A DNA stretch of 64,000 bases from Terriglobales bacterium (GCA_035651035.1 DASRGM010000056.1:2877-66876); one strand, 5' to 3'. Shown: positions 1 through 13,807, counted from the first letter of the stretch. Numbers and translations: made by a program. Notes: generated by a model from the sequence alone, not told the origin.

Positions 1-93
1 CGAGAAGCCATCGCAGGAGCTGTCGTCGGCGATCCGCTTCGACCACCGTCCGCGAGAGACGCGAGCACGGCCCGCCGTCGCCGCCGCTGCTGA

Positions 94-912
94 TTAAGCC
101 AACATCTCGTTGATCTCCCGCGGGCTGGCGGCGTTTTTCGCAAAGTCAAACGTGCCGTGCTCGCGCATCTCGCGTGCAGCCCGCAGGAAAGCGCCCAGGG
201 CGGTCCTGGCAAGTGCGCTGCCCACGCTCACGCGTTTCACCCCCATGGCCGAGAGTTCAGCCAGGCTGAGTTGAACGCCACGCAAGCCCATCACCACGTT
301 TACCGGCCGATCGACCGAACTGACCACGGCGGCAATATCTTCTTTGCTCGTCAGCCCAGGCGCGTAGAGCACGTCCGCCCCGGCCTCCTGATAAAGCTGC
401 AAGCGGGCAATGGTGTCGCTCAGGTTGAGCCGGCCGTGAAGGTAGTTTTCGGCGCGCGCGGTCAGGGTGAAGGGTAGCGAACGCGCCGCTTCCGCCGCTG
501 CGCGAACCCTGTCGGCTGCGAGCTCCAGGTCGTATATTGGATTGTCCTCATGCTCTGTCGCATCCTCGATGGACCCGCCCACCACGCCCGCGGCGGCGGC
601 CAGCCGGATGGTTTCCGCCGCCGTCTCCGGATCGTCGCCGAATCCGTTTTCCAGGTCGGCGCTGACCGGGAGGTCCGTCGCCGCCGCGATCATTGCGATG
701 TGCTCGATGACGGCTTCGCGGCCCACGGTATTGTCGCGCTTGCCGGCGGAGAAGGCGAAACCCATGCTGGTAGTGGCCAGGGCCTCGAAACCAAGATGGA
801 CCAGGATCATGGCGCTCCCGATGTCCCACGGATTCGGGATGATGAAGGCGTGGTCGCGGTGATGGAGCGAACGGAAGAGCTGAGCTTTTTCGGCTTGGGT
901 GGGCATAGACAT
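94..912 (-). CDS. isocitrate lyase / PEP mutase superfamily enzyme (2-methylisocitrate lyase or carboxyPEP mutase-like)
   Basis: 272-aa ORF. Motifs FIIPNPWDIGSA, TTSMGFAFS, ADLENGFG and GGSIED fit the ICL/PEP-mutase TIM-barrel family. The exact activity cannot be assigned by eye. Confidence 0.85.
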   Translation of the reverse strand: MSMPTQAEKAQLFRSLHHRDHAFIIPNPWDIGSAMILVHLGFEALATTSMGFAFSAGKRDNTVGREAVIEHIAMIAAATDLPVSADLENGFGDDPETAAETIRLAAAAGVVGGSIEDATEHEDNPIYDLELAADRVRAAAEAARSLPFTLTARAENYLHGRLNLSDTIARLQLYQEAGADVLYAPGLTSKEDIAAVVSSVDRPVNVVMGLRGVQLSLAELSAMGVKRVSVGSALARTALGAFLRAAREMREHGTFDFAKNAASPREINEMLA

Positions 913-1125
913 TGGAGTGGTGCGCCCGGCTGGCGGATTCGGAGGTCCACCCTCAGACTTCGCGGGCTCGGCTGCGCGAACAGTTAGATTAAGCGGCCTT
1001 GGGTAAATAGGGGTCCTTCGACTCCGCGATCGGCAACTGTCGTGCCAACCGCAAACAGCGCGGTTGGCACAAAAGTTGCGCGATCGCTCCGCTCAGGATG
1101 GACAGCCCTACCCCTGCTACAGGGT

Positions 1126-1157
1126 CAAACATAAAACGCGGACCGAAGTCCGCGTTT
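1126..1157 (-). terminator. rho-independent terminator after sqdB
   Basis: Minus-strand hairpin AAACGCGGAC-UUCG-GUCCGCGUUU followed by UAUGUUUG, 35 nt downstream of the sqdB stop (1192-1194). Confidence 0.75.
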
Positions 1158-1191
1158 CATTTCCCCATGAATTGTCTCTGGCCGGGAGCGG

Positions 1192-4571
<3,380 letters not shown>

Positions 4572-6681
4572 TGCGTGGCTGAAGCGGGCTTCGGCGCCCG
4601 CACTTTCCACTTTTTCATCCACAACAATAGAACCATCAATCCCCATAGGTGATAGCCAATATTGACTCGCCTTTCCAAATGATCTTGCAGGTGGCCTTCA
4701 ATCACATCCCCGCAGAAGATGTCGGGGTATTCCGCGGTCCCAGAGCGCAGAGTGTCGATCAGCAGGGAGCGCAGCGGCCCCCGCAGCCAGTCATGTGCCG
4801 GGATATCGAAACCAATTTTCGGGCGCCGCAGCACCGCTTGCGGCAGTTTGTCCTTCATCAGGTGCTGGAGCACCAATTTCTGCCGTGAGCCCCGGATCTT
4901 CAGCGAACCCGGCAGGCGATTCGCGAACTCGATGATGCGATGGTCGAGGAACGGCGGCCGCACCTCCAGCGAATGCGCCATGCTGATCCGGTCTGACTTC
5001 ACCAGAATGTCGTCTGTCAGGTAGTACTTCTGGTCGAACCATAGGTAGGCATTCAGGTCGGCAGCGTTGCCGTTGCGGTTCAGCTGCGCGCGAAGGTCGC
5101 CGAGGACCTCGTTCAGCGCGCCGGGCAGTGCGTCGGGCACAAGCCGGCGTTTCTCTGAGTCGGAGAAGGTGCCGTTCCAAAAGACGTGGCTGCGGTCGGC
5201 CGGCATCAGGCTGCCCGCCAGCAGCCGCTTGATCTTGTATTCCAAGCCAATCTTGTCGTCGGAAACCGGCCAGAGCTTCATCATCTGCTGGCCGAAGCGA
5301 AGTACCGGGGCCGGCAAGCGGCGCACATTGGCTGCTATGCGGCTCGCGCGATAGGTCAAATATCCGCCAAATAGCTCATCAGCGCCTTCGCCGCTCAGCG
5401 CGACTTCGGTTTTTTCGCGGCTCAGCTTGGCCAGGAACCATAGCGGCAGTGCGCCGGCGTCGGCGCTGGGCTCGTCCGAGTAGTATGCGAACTCTTGGAT
5501 CGCACCCTCCAGGTCCTGCTCCGGATTCAGGTCCAGCTCTTCATGTTCTGTGCCGTACTCCCGCACCATGCTGCGGATGTAATCGCTCTCGTCAAAGCTG
5601 CGCCCGCGGAAGGAGATCGAGAAGGTCTTGATCTTCGAAGAAGACGCCTGCGAGGCGTAGTGCAGGATGGTGGACGAATCCAGCCCGCCGCTAAGCCATA
5701 CGCTCAGAGGAACGTCGGAGATCAGGTGCTCGCGTACCGACTGCTGCAGCAGCCCGTCCAACTCCTCGCATGCCGATTCCAAACTGCACGACTCGGCATG
5801 AGGTTCGGGGAGTTGCCAGTACGTCCCGGTGTGCGTTGCGCCGTTGCGCCATTCCAGCCATGTTCCCGGCGTCAGCTTCTGGATACCTTCCATCATTGTC
5901 CAGGGCGCGGGGATATAGTTCAGTGCAAGATAACAATCGAGCGCGGGCAGGCTGATCTGACGTTCAATCTCGCTATGGCTGAGGATGGCCTTCAGCTCGG
6001 AGCCGAAGTAAAGCTCTTCGCCGCGCCGCGCGATGTACAACGGCTTGATGCCAATGCGGTCTCGGGCCAGCACCAGCCGCCGGGTGGAGCTAGTCCAGAT
6101 GGCGATGGCAAACATGCCTCGCAGTTTTTCGAAACAGCCGGTATCCCACTCGAGGAAGGCGTGCAGTACAGTTTCCGTATCGCAATGGGATTGGAAGGAG
6201 TGGCCGGACTTCTCCAGCTCTTGGCGGAGCTCCAAATGGTTGTAGATCTCGCCGTTGAAGACGATGACGCTGTCACCGTCGGGAGATAGAATCGGCTGGT
6301 CGCCGGATTCCAAGTCGAGGATTTTCAACCGAGTAGCGCCCAGCGAGCAGGTGGCGCACTCCCACGTGCCCTGCTGGTCCGGTCCACGGTGCACCAGGGT
6401 AGCGGTGGCGGCCGCAATCCTCTCTGGACGCGGCAATCCATCCTTATGTGTGAATCCGGCTATTCCGCACACGATCTTTAAGGCCTGGGTTCCAAGAAAC
6501 CGTTGTAACTAAACTATCACACAGCAGCTTAGAATCGGCTCGGAAACGAGCTAGTCAGACCGCTTGGCTTGTCAACAACTGCACCTGTATTGCGGAGAGA
6601 TTCATAGCTGGCAAATCGGCGCCGGCGCGTGAACGGCACCTATGTTGACTGTCCGGCTAAGCACGTCAAAAGGTATGCATC

Positions 6682-7128
6682 GTGTACGATGATCGAGTGC
6701 CGCACGTCGAGAGCGCCCCTCCTCACCAGCATCTGAAAACCTACGTTCTCATTGCCATCATGGTGATAGCGGGGCCGGTCGGCAATTTGCTGATTGCTAA
6801 AGGTATGCGCCAGGCTGGGCAGATTCCGCTTTGGCCTCCTTCGGCCCTGGTGCCCGCTTTCCTGCGGGTCTTTGGGTCGCCGACGATCTGGGTCGGAATC
6901 GCCTCCCTGATCACCTTCATCGTGGCCTACATGCTGGCGCTGTCGCTTGCCGATTACAGCTTTGTGCAGCCCGCGGCAGCGCTTGGGTACGGAGTGGTCG
7001 CCGTACTCGGCTACTTCATCCTGCACGAATCGGTTTCCCCGCTGCGCTGGGCCGGCATCGCGGTGATCTGCTTCGGCGTTGCCTTCATCCGCAACACTCC
7101 CCCTCGCACCACCGAGACTGCCGGCTGA
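6682..7128 (+). CDS. half-size EamA/DMT-type membrane protein (4 TM)
   Basis: 148-aa ORF with a GTG start (6697 is an alternative). It has four hydrophobic helices and EamA-like composition. Confidence 0.7.
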   Translation: MYDDRVPHVESAPPHQHLKTYVLIAIMVIAGPVGNLLIAKGMRQAGQIPLWPPSALVPAFLRVFGSPTIWVGIASLITFIVAYMLALSLADYSFVQPAAALGYGVVAVLGYFILHESVSPLRWAGIAVICFGVAFIRNTPPRTTETAG

Positions 7129-7499
7129 TGCTGGAATTCGTCCTATTTGTGTTGATCATCGTGGTCGGCACCGGAGGCGAGCTTTGCCTGGGCCGCGCCA
7201 TGCGAGAAACCGGAGAGCTGGAGCGCTTCCGGGCGGGCGCGGCGGCCAGGCTGATCTGGCGTGCGCTGCGCGTGAAGTGGATCTGGATCGGCGTCTCCAT
7301 GATGACACTTGCCTTCTTTTCCCTGCTCCTGCTGCTCTCGTTCGAGCAGGTCAGCTTTGTGGTTCCGGTAACCGCGTTAAGCTATGTCGTAGGCGCCCTG
7401 GGAGGGATATTCTTCCTCCGGGAAAGAGTCGCGGCGCAGCGTTGGATCGGGATTGGGCTGGTGTGTGTTGGGGTGACGCTGGTGCTGCTGGCCCAGTGA
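7128..7499 (+). CDS. half-size EamA/DMT-type membrane protein (4 TM), partner of the previous gene
   Basis: 123 aa, read from MLEFVLFVLII within ORF 6831..7499. The ATG overlaps the previous stop (TGATG). Four TM helices. Confidence 0.7.
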   Translation: MLEFVLFVLIIVVGTGGELCLGRAMRETGELERFRAGAAARLIWRALRVKWIWIGVSMMTLAFFSLLLLLSFEQVSFVVPVTALSYVVGALGGIFFLRERVAAQRWIGIGLVCVGVTLVLLAQ

Positions 7500-7509
7500 G
7501 ATCGGAAGC

Positions 7510-8808
7510 ATGGACTTACGGGAAGTAACCGAGACGCGAAGCCGGGCGATCCCCCAGGCGATGGCTCGCCAGGCTATCGCCCGTTTGCACCTGCCACGCA
7601 CCGCGGGATTCCGCGAGATCCTTGCCATGGGTGTGGACTCCTTGCGTGCCGACAAAATTCGCGCCGCCATGACCGCCCTCGGGATGGCAGTCGGGACGGC
7701 AGCCCTGATTCTTGTCGTCACCGTGGCGCTCACCGGCAAGCGCTATGTCCTGGCACAGATCGATGCCGTCGGCACCAATGTCATCTGGGCGGAGTACCAA
7801 GGGGTGTCCTCTGCCGGGACCAACGTAGCGGCAGCGGACTACCTGACCGTCAACGATATGGAAGCCGCGCAGCGGCAGATACCCGGCATCAAAGAAGCCT
7901 CGCCCGTGCTGAACATGCATCAGCGCATCACGGTGGGCTCGGGGAAAGAGCAGGAGATCCTGGTGCTGGGCGTCAATCCGCAATATCAGACAGTGCGGCG
8001 GATGATCGTCGGGGCAGGCAGATTTTTCGACCAGCAGGATTCGCAATCCGGCAACAAAGTAGCGCTCATCACCGAAAGCCTCGCGCGGCGTGTCTTCGGC
8101 TCGCTCGATCAGGCGCTCGGTCAGACCATCAAGATCCAGGAGGTCCCGTTTGTGATCATCGGGACCTTCCGCGAAAGCGTCGACACGCTTGGCCGTTCGG
8201 AGATTGAAGACGACACAGTCCTGATTCCCTACACTGTCGCGCGGGCCATGACCGGCACGCCCTACGTCAATCAGATTTATTTTTCCATGTCCAGCTCTGC
8301 CGGAATACCGGCGGCGACCGAAGATATCCAAAAGCTCATTGCGTCGCGGCATCGTCCCGAATCCGTTTACAACGTCAATAACATGACCGAAGTGCTGCGG
8401 CTGGCGAACAAGACTGCCGCGGCCTTTACCGCAGTGCTGCTGTTGTTCGCGGCGGTAACCCTGATTGCTGCCGGGGTCGGCATTATGAACATCATGTTGG
8501 CTACGGTTCAGTCGCGGATTCACGAGATCGGGGTGCGAATGGCGATTGGGGCGACGCGTAGGGCCATCCTGCTGCAATTCCTCTCGGAGGCCGTGCTGAT
8601 CGCCTTGCTGGGCGGCGCGGTGGGAACGATCGTTGGCTTAGGTATACCGATTTCGCTCGAGACTTTCGCCAACATGCATCTGACGATTTCGGGGATGGCA
8701 GCCGTGGTCGCGCTGTTCGTTTCCTGCGTGGTCGGAGTTGCGTTTGGTATTACGCCGGCCAATAATGCGTCGCGGCTGGATCCGGTGGAATGCCTGCGCC
8801 ACGAGTAG
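7510..8808 (+). CDS. ABC transporter permease, MacB/FtsX family (no adjacent ATPase)
   Basis: 432-aa ORF. Layout is an N-terminal TM (LRADKIRAAMTALGMAVG), a large periplasmic domain, and a C-terminal FtsX 3-TM bundle. The start could be 7561. Confidence 0.85.
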   Translation: MDLREVTETRSRAIPQAMARQAIARLHLPRTAGFREILAMGVDSLRADKIRAAMTALGMAVGTAALILVVTVALTGKRYVLAQIDAVGTNVIWAEYQGVSSAGTNVAAADYLTVNDMEAAQRQIPGIKEASPVLNMHQRITVGSGKEQEILVLGVNPQYQTVRRMIVGAGRFFDQQDSQSGNKVALITESLARRVFGSLDQALGQTIKIQEVPFVIIGTFRESVDTLGRSEIEDDTVLIPYTVARAMTGTPYVNQIYFSMSSSAGIPAATEDIQKLIASRHRPESVYNVNNMTEVLRLANKTAAAFTAVLLLFAAVTLIAAGVGIMNIMLATVQSRIHEIGVRMAIGATRRAILLQFLSEAVLIALLGGAVGTIVGLGIPISLETFANMHLTISGMAAVVALFVSCVVGVAFGITPANNASRLDPVECLRHE

Positions 8809-8846
8809 CCGCCAGGAATCTCTCTCTTTCACCACAGGGGCCCTGT

Positions 8847-10367
8847 TTACCGCTCGTAGGTCGTGGCCCAGTCCCTTAGTCGAGCTGCGATGGCGGGCGC
8901 CAGGACTCCTTCACGGAAGCGCCAGCGCCAGTTGCCGGAGGAACTGCCGGGAAGGTTCATGCGTCCTTCGCTGCCGACGCCGAGCACATCCTGCAGCGGA
9001 AACAGCACGGTGTCAGCTACCGACGCATTCAGGGTACGGATCATGACGAAGTTGATATCGCTGCCGTCGCTGTTGAGATAACGGCGCGCGTAGGCCATCT
9101 CCTTCTCGACATCTTCAGCGGTGCGCACGCTGCCCGCACCCGGTCTGCTGCTCCACCAGCCAAGGACCGTGTCATTGTCGTGCGTGCCTGTGTAGGCGAC
9201 GAGGTGGTGCGGGTAGTTGTGCGGCTTGAAATCAGGGGCCTGCGGGTCATTGCCGAAGGCGAATTGCAAGATCGCCATGCCGGGAAAACCGAACTGCTCG
9301 CGCAAGGCTTCCACTTCGGGCGTAATCACGCCAAGGTTTTCGGCTACGATGGGCAGGTCGCCGAGGGCACTTTTCAAGGCCGCGAACAAGGCCGCTCCCG
9401 GTCCTTTGACCCAGGCGCCATTCACTGCGGTGACTTCTCCGGCAGGAATCTCGTAGTAGGCCTCGAAGCCACGGAAGTGGTCGAGCCGGATCATGTCGAC
9501 CAGTTCCAGCGCCCGCCGGAAGCGCGCGATCCACCACGCGTACCCGTTCTTGGCGTGCGTTTCCCAGCGATAGATCGGGTTACCCCAAAGCTGCCCGGTG
9601 GCGCTGAAATAATCGGGCGGGACGCCGGCTACGACGTGCGGCTTGCCGTCCTCCTGCAATTCAAATAGATCGCGGTTGGCCCACACGTCCGCGCTGTCGA
9701 GCGCCACATAGATCGGCAAGTCGCCCATGATGCGAATGTCGTCGCGCGTGCAATGCGCTTTTAACTCGCACCATTGGCGCTCGAATTCAAACTGGATGAA
9801 CTTGTTGCATTCGATTTCCTCGCGCAGCTCGTGGCGGGCACGCTCCAATGCCGCAGGATCGCGCAGCGCCAGCTCGGGCTGCCATTCCATCCAAGCCACG
9901 AAATTGTGTACGTCCTTTAGCGCCATGAAGAGCGCGAAATCATCAAGCCACGAGGCATGCCGCTGACAAAATGCCTCGAACTCCTGGCGATCCTTTCCTG
10001 AGTTGTGCTGGAAATTCGCAAATGCTTTGCGCAGCAGCGGCAGCTTCCAGGCGATGACCGTTCCGAAGTCAACAATCTCGAGGGAAAAGTCCGGCCGTTC
10101 GGTGAGGTCGCTTGCCGACAAATAGCCGCGGTCCAGCAGACTATCCATGCTGATCAGCAGAGGATTGCCGGCAAAGGCGGAGAAGCACTGATACGGCGAG
10201 TCACCGTAACCGGTGGGACCGAGCGGCAGCACCTGCCAGATGCGCTGTCCCGAATCGCGCAGGAAGTCGGCAAAGGCATGCGCCTCCGCCCCCAGTTCGC
10301 CGATGCCGTAAATGCCGGGCAACGATGTGGGGTGCAGCAGAATGCCGCTGGATCGGGGGAATTTCAC
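8847..10367 (-). CDS. malQ: 4-alpha-glucanotransferase (amylomaltase, GH77)
   Basis: 506-aa ORF. SGILLHPTSLPG, WQVLPLGPTGYGDSPY and DHFRGF motifs match MalQ. GTG start. Confidence 0.92.
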   Translation of the reverse strand: MKFPRSSGILLHPTSLPGIYGIGELGAEAHAFADFLRDSGQRIWQVLPLGPTGYGDSPYQCFSAFAGNPLLISMDSLLDRGYLSASDLTERPDFSLEIVDFGTVIAWKLPLLRKAFANFQHNSGKDRQEFEAFCQRHASWLDDFALFMALKDVHNFVAWMEWQPELALRDPAALERARHELREEIECNKFIQFEFERQWCELKAHCTRDDIRIMGDLPIYVALDSADVWANRDLFELQEDGKPHVVAGVPPDYFSATGQLWGNPIYRWETHAKNGYAWWIARFRRALELVDMIRLDHFRGFEAYYEIPAGEVTAVNGAWVKGPGAALFAALKSALGDLPIVAENLGVITPEVEALREQFGFPGMAILQFAFGNDPQAPDFKPHNYPHHLVAYTGTHDNDTVLGWWSSRPGAGSVRTAEDVEKEMAYARRYLNSDGSDINFVMIRTLNASVADTVLFPLQDVLGVGSEGRMNLPGSSSGNWRWRFREGVLAPAIAARLRDWATTYER

Positions 10368-10390
10368 GACTCAGGGATGGTAACAAATGG

Positions 10391-10425
10391 CGCAAAGAAA
10401 ACGAGGAGGGCAGGAGCCCTCCTCG
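10391..10425 (-). terminator. rho-independent terminator after TIGR03118 paralogue 1
   Basis: Minus-strand 10-bp GC-rich stem (CGAGGAGGGC-UCCU-GCCCUCCUCG) followed by UUUUCUUUG. Confidence 0.8.
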
Positions 10426-10446
10426 GCGCCGAAAGCTGTTGGCGCA

Positions 10447-11526
10447 CTAGAACCCGGGGTGCGGCGTAATCATGCCGAACAGGCCATGGTTTTCGCCGAA
10501 CGGGCCGGCGGTGAAGAACAGCGTGTTGGTTGGACCGCCCGAGCCGCCGTTGCCAAAAAATATGCCCCACAGGCCATTGATCTCCACCGGCAGGCTGGCC
10601 ACGTTCTGCATGTTGCCAATCCAGGTGCCGTTGGAGGCATTGAATGCCGTGATCAGCCCGCTGCCGAAGTTGCCGATGAGCAGGTCGCCGGAAAAGCCGG
10701 AGAAGTTCTGCGGCGCCACCGCGATCCCCCACGGCGAGTTGAGATAAAGGACGTGGGCAGTGCGGAACAGCAGGTTTCCCTGCGAATCGTAGACATCGAC
10801 ATAGCCGTTGCCGGGGCCCGGCACGTCATCGTGTTTGTCGGCGTCCTGCTTGGCATAGGTGACCACCAGCCGGTTGTTGCCGATGTTCTGGATGCCGAAG
10901 GGTGCGAAGCCTGCCGGGATGGTCGTGTCAACGAAGGCGTTCGGGCCGAAGGAGTGAGAGGCGAAAACGTGGTCGTAGACCTCGACCGTTCCCGCATGGA
11001 AATTGGTCGCGTAGAGGAAGTTGCTTCCGTTCGCGGAGGCAAGAGCCAGGCCCTTGTAGACGGCATTGTTGATGCCGTTATTGACGGCGATAAAGGCGCT
11101 GGTCCCTCCATACCAGCCGGAGATGGTGCCGTCCTCGGTCGAGAACAGGAACTGCGCCACCTGGCCGTTAATCTTGAAATCGGTGGTGCCGTTGAAGACT
11201 GTACCGGTTGGCGTTCCCGTACCCGAACCGTTGGCGGTGGGGATGGTGACGATCAGTCCCTGGTTTTGTCCACTCGCGTTGTACAGAGTGGATAGCCCGG
11301 TGCCATTGTCCGAGATCCACCATGGGCCGCCCGGGCTGATGGACATGCCCCAGGGATTTACCAGATCATTGTCGGCAACTGTGGCGGCGTTGGGTATATC
11401 GGAGGTCAAATAGGTGATGTTCACTTTTTGCGCCGAAGCGGGCAAGGCCAGGAGTGCAGCAGTTAAGAACAACAGCACCGGCCTCCAGGCGCTTCGCAGG
11501 GTGGGTGTTTGGGCGTTCGTGAGCAT
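10447..11526 (-). CDS. TIGR03118-family secreted beta-propeller-like protein (paralogue 1)
   Basis: 359-aa ORF with a signal peptide (...ALPASAQ). Motifs NPWGMSISPGGPWWISDNGTG, FSTEDGTISGW, LYATNFHAGTVEVYD, VTYAKQD..HDDV.GPGNGYVDVYD, LLIGNFGSG and GLWGI.FGNG. AAGGAGGA lies upstream of the ATG. Confidence 0.85.
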   Translation of the reverse strand: MLTNAQTPTLRSAWRPVLLFLTAALLALPASAQKVNITYLTSDIPNAATVADNDLVNPWGMSISPGGPWWISDNGTGLSTLYNASGQNQGLIVTIPTANGSGTGTPTGTVFNGTTDFKINGQVAQFLFSTEDGTISGWYGGTSAFIAVNNGINNAVYKGLALASANGSNFLYATNFHAGTVEVYDHVFASHSFGPNAFVDTTIPAGFAPFGIQNIGNNRLVVTYAKQDADKHDDVPGPGNGYVDVYDSQGNLLFRTAHVLYLNSPWGIAVAPQNFSGFSGDLLIGNFGSGLITAFNASNGTWIGNMQNVASLPVEINGLWGIFFGNGGSGGPTNTLFFTAGPFGENHGLFGMITPHPGF

Positions 11527-11678
11527 ATTCCTCCTTGTTGCTGGTTGGTACCGCGATGATTTAACAGTCTTGGGCGGGTGTTACCGGGGACTCTGGGCAA
11601 TGTAGCGGCAGCCATCAGCAGAGTTGTCGAAATCCAGTCAGCATCTTGTCAAATTTTGTTCACAGTGTGACTCCGGCA

Positions 11679-11706
11679 AGAAAAAAGGGAGAGCCGACGC
11701 CCTCCC
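11679..11706 (-). terminator. rho-independent terminator after TIGR03118 paralogue 2
   Basis: Minus-strand stem GGGAGGGCG..CGGCUCUCCC followed by UUUUUU, 20 nt after the stop at 11727. Confidence 0.8.
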
Positions 11707-11726
11707 TGATCAAGCAATCACCTCTG

Positions 11727-12857
11727 CTATTTTTGCCTGCGCAGCCTGCTTAAATGTTGCATATAGGTAGCCGTTCCCTGCCCGGGCAGAGGTACGATCA
11801 TGCCGAAGTTGCCATAGGCCTCGCCGAAGGTCCCGGCGGTGTAATAGAGAGTTGTGGTGGGGCCGGCGGAGCCGCCGTTTCCGAACTCCAGCGCCCACAG
11901 TCCGTCGATCCTCATCTGCAGATCGGCTTCATCCTGCATCAGTCCGATGAAGGCGCCGGTGTTGGCGTCGAAAGCCATGATGGCGCCGCTGCCGAAGTTG
12001 CCGATCAGCAGGTCATTGCTGAAGGCGCCGAAAGCCGAAGGGGCCAGCACAATCGCCCAGGGCGAGTTCATCTGAAGGATGTGCGGCAGCCGCCGAATTA
12101 AGTTGCCCTCGGTGTCGTAGACATCAACATAGCCGTTGCCGGGCCCAGCCACGTCGTCGTGCCTCTCCGCGTCCTGTTTGGCATAGGTGACGATCAGGTT
12201 GCCGTTGATCAACTGAATGTTGAAGGGGGCAAAGCCCATAGGAATGGTCGAGTCGACGAAGGCATTTGCGCCGAAAGAATGCGGCGCGAAGTTCGCGTCG
12301 AAGACGTCCACCGTGCCGGCGTGAAAATTTGTCGCATAGAGGTAATTCGCGCCGCCCGCCGAGGCCAGCGCCATTCCCTTGTAAACGGCATTGGCATTGT
12401 TTACCTCGATCACCGCGCTGGTCGGGTTGACGTTATGGTTCCAGCCTTGCACCGTGCCGTCTTCCGTCACAAAGAGGAAGGTTGCGGGATTACCGGTTGA
12501 CAGCTGGAAGTCGTTTGTACTGTTAAAGGCGATCCCGGTCGGCACGCCCGTGCCGCTGCCGTCCGCCGACGGGATGGTGACGACGAGGGGCTGCGGAACC
12601 CCCATGCCGTCATAAAGTGTCGACAAGCCCGTGCCATTGTCGGAGACCCACCACGGTCCCGAACTGCTGGCAACAAGTCCCCATGGGTTCTCCAGGTTGG
12701 CATCGGTGTTGTTGCTGATGTTGGCGATGTCGGAGGTAAGTCGCGTGGCCTGGTAGCTCTGGGCGTAAGCTGGCAGGCCTGCAAACGCGAGCCCCACTAC
12801 CGCGAGCGTCAAAATCAATACTTGCCACGGAGCGGTTTGTGCGCGATTCCCTTGCAT
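11727..12857 (-). CDS. TIGR03118-family secreted beta-propeller-like protein (paralogue 2)
   Basis: Start moved to MQGNRAQ (12857), which is preceded by AAGGAGAG. Signal peptide ends ...LPAYAQ. It carries the same motif set as paralogue 1 (NPWGLVASSSGPWWVSDNGTG, LYATNFHAGTVDVFD, LLIGNFGSG). Confidence 0.85.
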   Translation of the reverse strand: MQGNRAQTAPWQVLILTLAVVGLAFAGLPAYAQSYQATRLTSDIANISNNTDANLENPWGLVASSSGPWWVSDNGTGLSTLYDGMGVPQPLVVTIPSADGSGTGVPTGIAFNSTNDFQLSTGNPATFLFVTEDGTVQGWNHNVNPTSAVIEVNNANAVYKGMALASAGGANYLYATNFHAGTVDVFDANFAPHSFGANAFVDSTIPMGFAPFNIQLINGNLIVTYAKQDAERHDDVAGPGNGYVDVYDTEGNLIRRLPHILQMNSPWAIVLAPSAFGAFSNDLLIGNFGSGAIMAFDANTGAFIGLMQDEADLQMRIDGLWALEFGNGGSAGPTTTLYYTAGTFGEAYGNFGMIVPLPGQGTATYMQHLSRLRRQK

Positions 12858-13026
12858 AAAGCTCTCCTTGTTTTTGTGAGTCGGTTGCGGCGAGTCGCCC
12901 AATGGCTGCGCCGCAATTTACCCCGTTAGTTGCCGGCGTAAAACTTCTGGTGCGTCAACAGGATGTCAAAGATTCGACACAATTCGTTCACAGCGTGGAA
13001 GTGCAGGTTTGCCGGAAGTGTGTCGA

Positions 13027-13079
13027 TTGTCACAGATTTGTCAACACTCGATTGACTGCGCATTTTCGTCTGGTATTAG
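13027..13079 (+). promoter_or_regulatory. candidate promoter of the two-component operon with upstream TTGTCA direct repeats
   Basis: TTGTCA at 13027 and 13038 (11-bp register). TTGACT (13052-13057), 16-nt spacer, TATTAG (13074-13079), about 30 nt before the ATG at 13108. Confidence 0.4.
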
Positions 13080-13107
13080 CTGTAATCAGCAAAGCTGGAC
13101 AGGTGTT

Positions 13108-13788
13108 ATGGAAAAGATATTGGTGATCGAAGACGACCCGGCGGTGCAGCGCGCCCTTCGGCGGACTTTCGAAAGCGCTGGGTTCGATGTGTCAGTCGCC
13201 GCCGATGGCGCCGTTGCCATGGAAACTTTTCGCGCGGCGGTGCCTCGCATTGTCGTTCTGGATCTGCGATTGCCGGGCAAGTCCGGCCAGGACATCTGCC
13301 GTGAGATCAAGCGGGAGTCCGCCAACACGCCGATTCTTGTGCTGAGCGCCGCCAGCGACGTTCTGGACAAGGTGCTGCTGCTGGAGCTGGGCGCAGATGA
13401 CTATGTGACCAAGCCCTTCAGCCCGCGCGAACTTCTGGCCCGCGTGCGTGCCGCCGTACGACGGCTGAACCAGGCGACCGACAAGGTGGAGATCTTCAGC
13501 TTCGATGACGTTGAGGTGAACTTCTCCAAGATGGAATTACATCGCAGCGGCCAGCTGGTTCCCTTGACCCCGCAGGAATTCAAGACGCTGCGCTTCTTCC
13601 TCAACAATCCCGAGCGCGTAATCTCGCGAACCGAGCTGCTGAACGAAGTGTGGGGCTATAACAACTATCCCACCACGCGCACCATCGACACCCACATCCT
13701 GCGATTGCGACAGAAATTGGAAAAGGACCCCACCGATCCGGTACATTTCCGTACCGTCCATGGCACCGGGTATAAATTCGTCAGGTGA
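13108..13788 (+). CDS. OmpR/PhoB-family response regulator
   Basis: Start moved to MEKILVIEDDP. It has a receiver domain (VVLDLRLPG, KPF) and a winged-helix output domain (RTVHGTGYKF). Confidence 0.92.
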   Translation: MEKILVIEDDPAVQRALRRTFESAGFDVSVAADGAVAMETFRAAVPRIVVLDLRLPGKSGQDICREIKRESANTPILVLSAASDVLDKVLLLELGADDYVTKPFSPRELLARVRAAVRRLNQATDKVEIFSFDDVEVNFSKMELHRSGQLVPLTPQEFKTLRFFLNNPERVISRTELLNEVWGYNNYPTTRTIDTHILRLRQKLEKDPTDPVHFRTVHGTGYKFVR

Positions 13789-13807
13789 GCGGGCATAGGA
13801 GAGGGCG

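Noticed and set aside
2-97. Plus-strand partial ORF ending TAA at 95-97 at the left edge.
   Set aside because: There are only 31 codons with no recognisable motif, and it overlaps the stop of the convergent gene. I cannot judge it from this fragment.
1042-1070. Perfect 11-bp hairpin GTGCCAACCGC-N7-GCGGTTGGCAC as a terminator.
   Set aside because: There is no U-run on either strand, and it lies after the real sqdB terminator. It is probably another member of the GCCAAC-type repeat background, or a leader structure of the downstream ICL-family gene.
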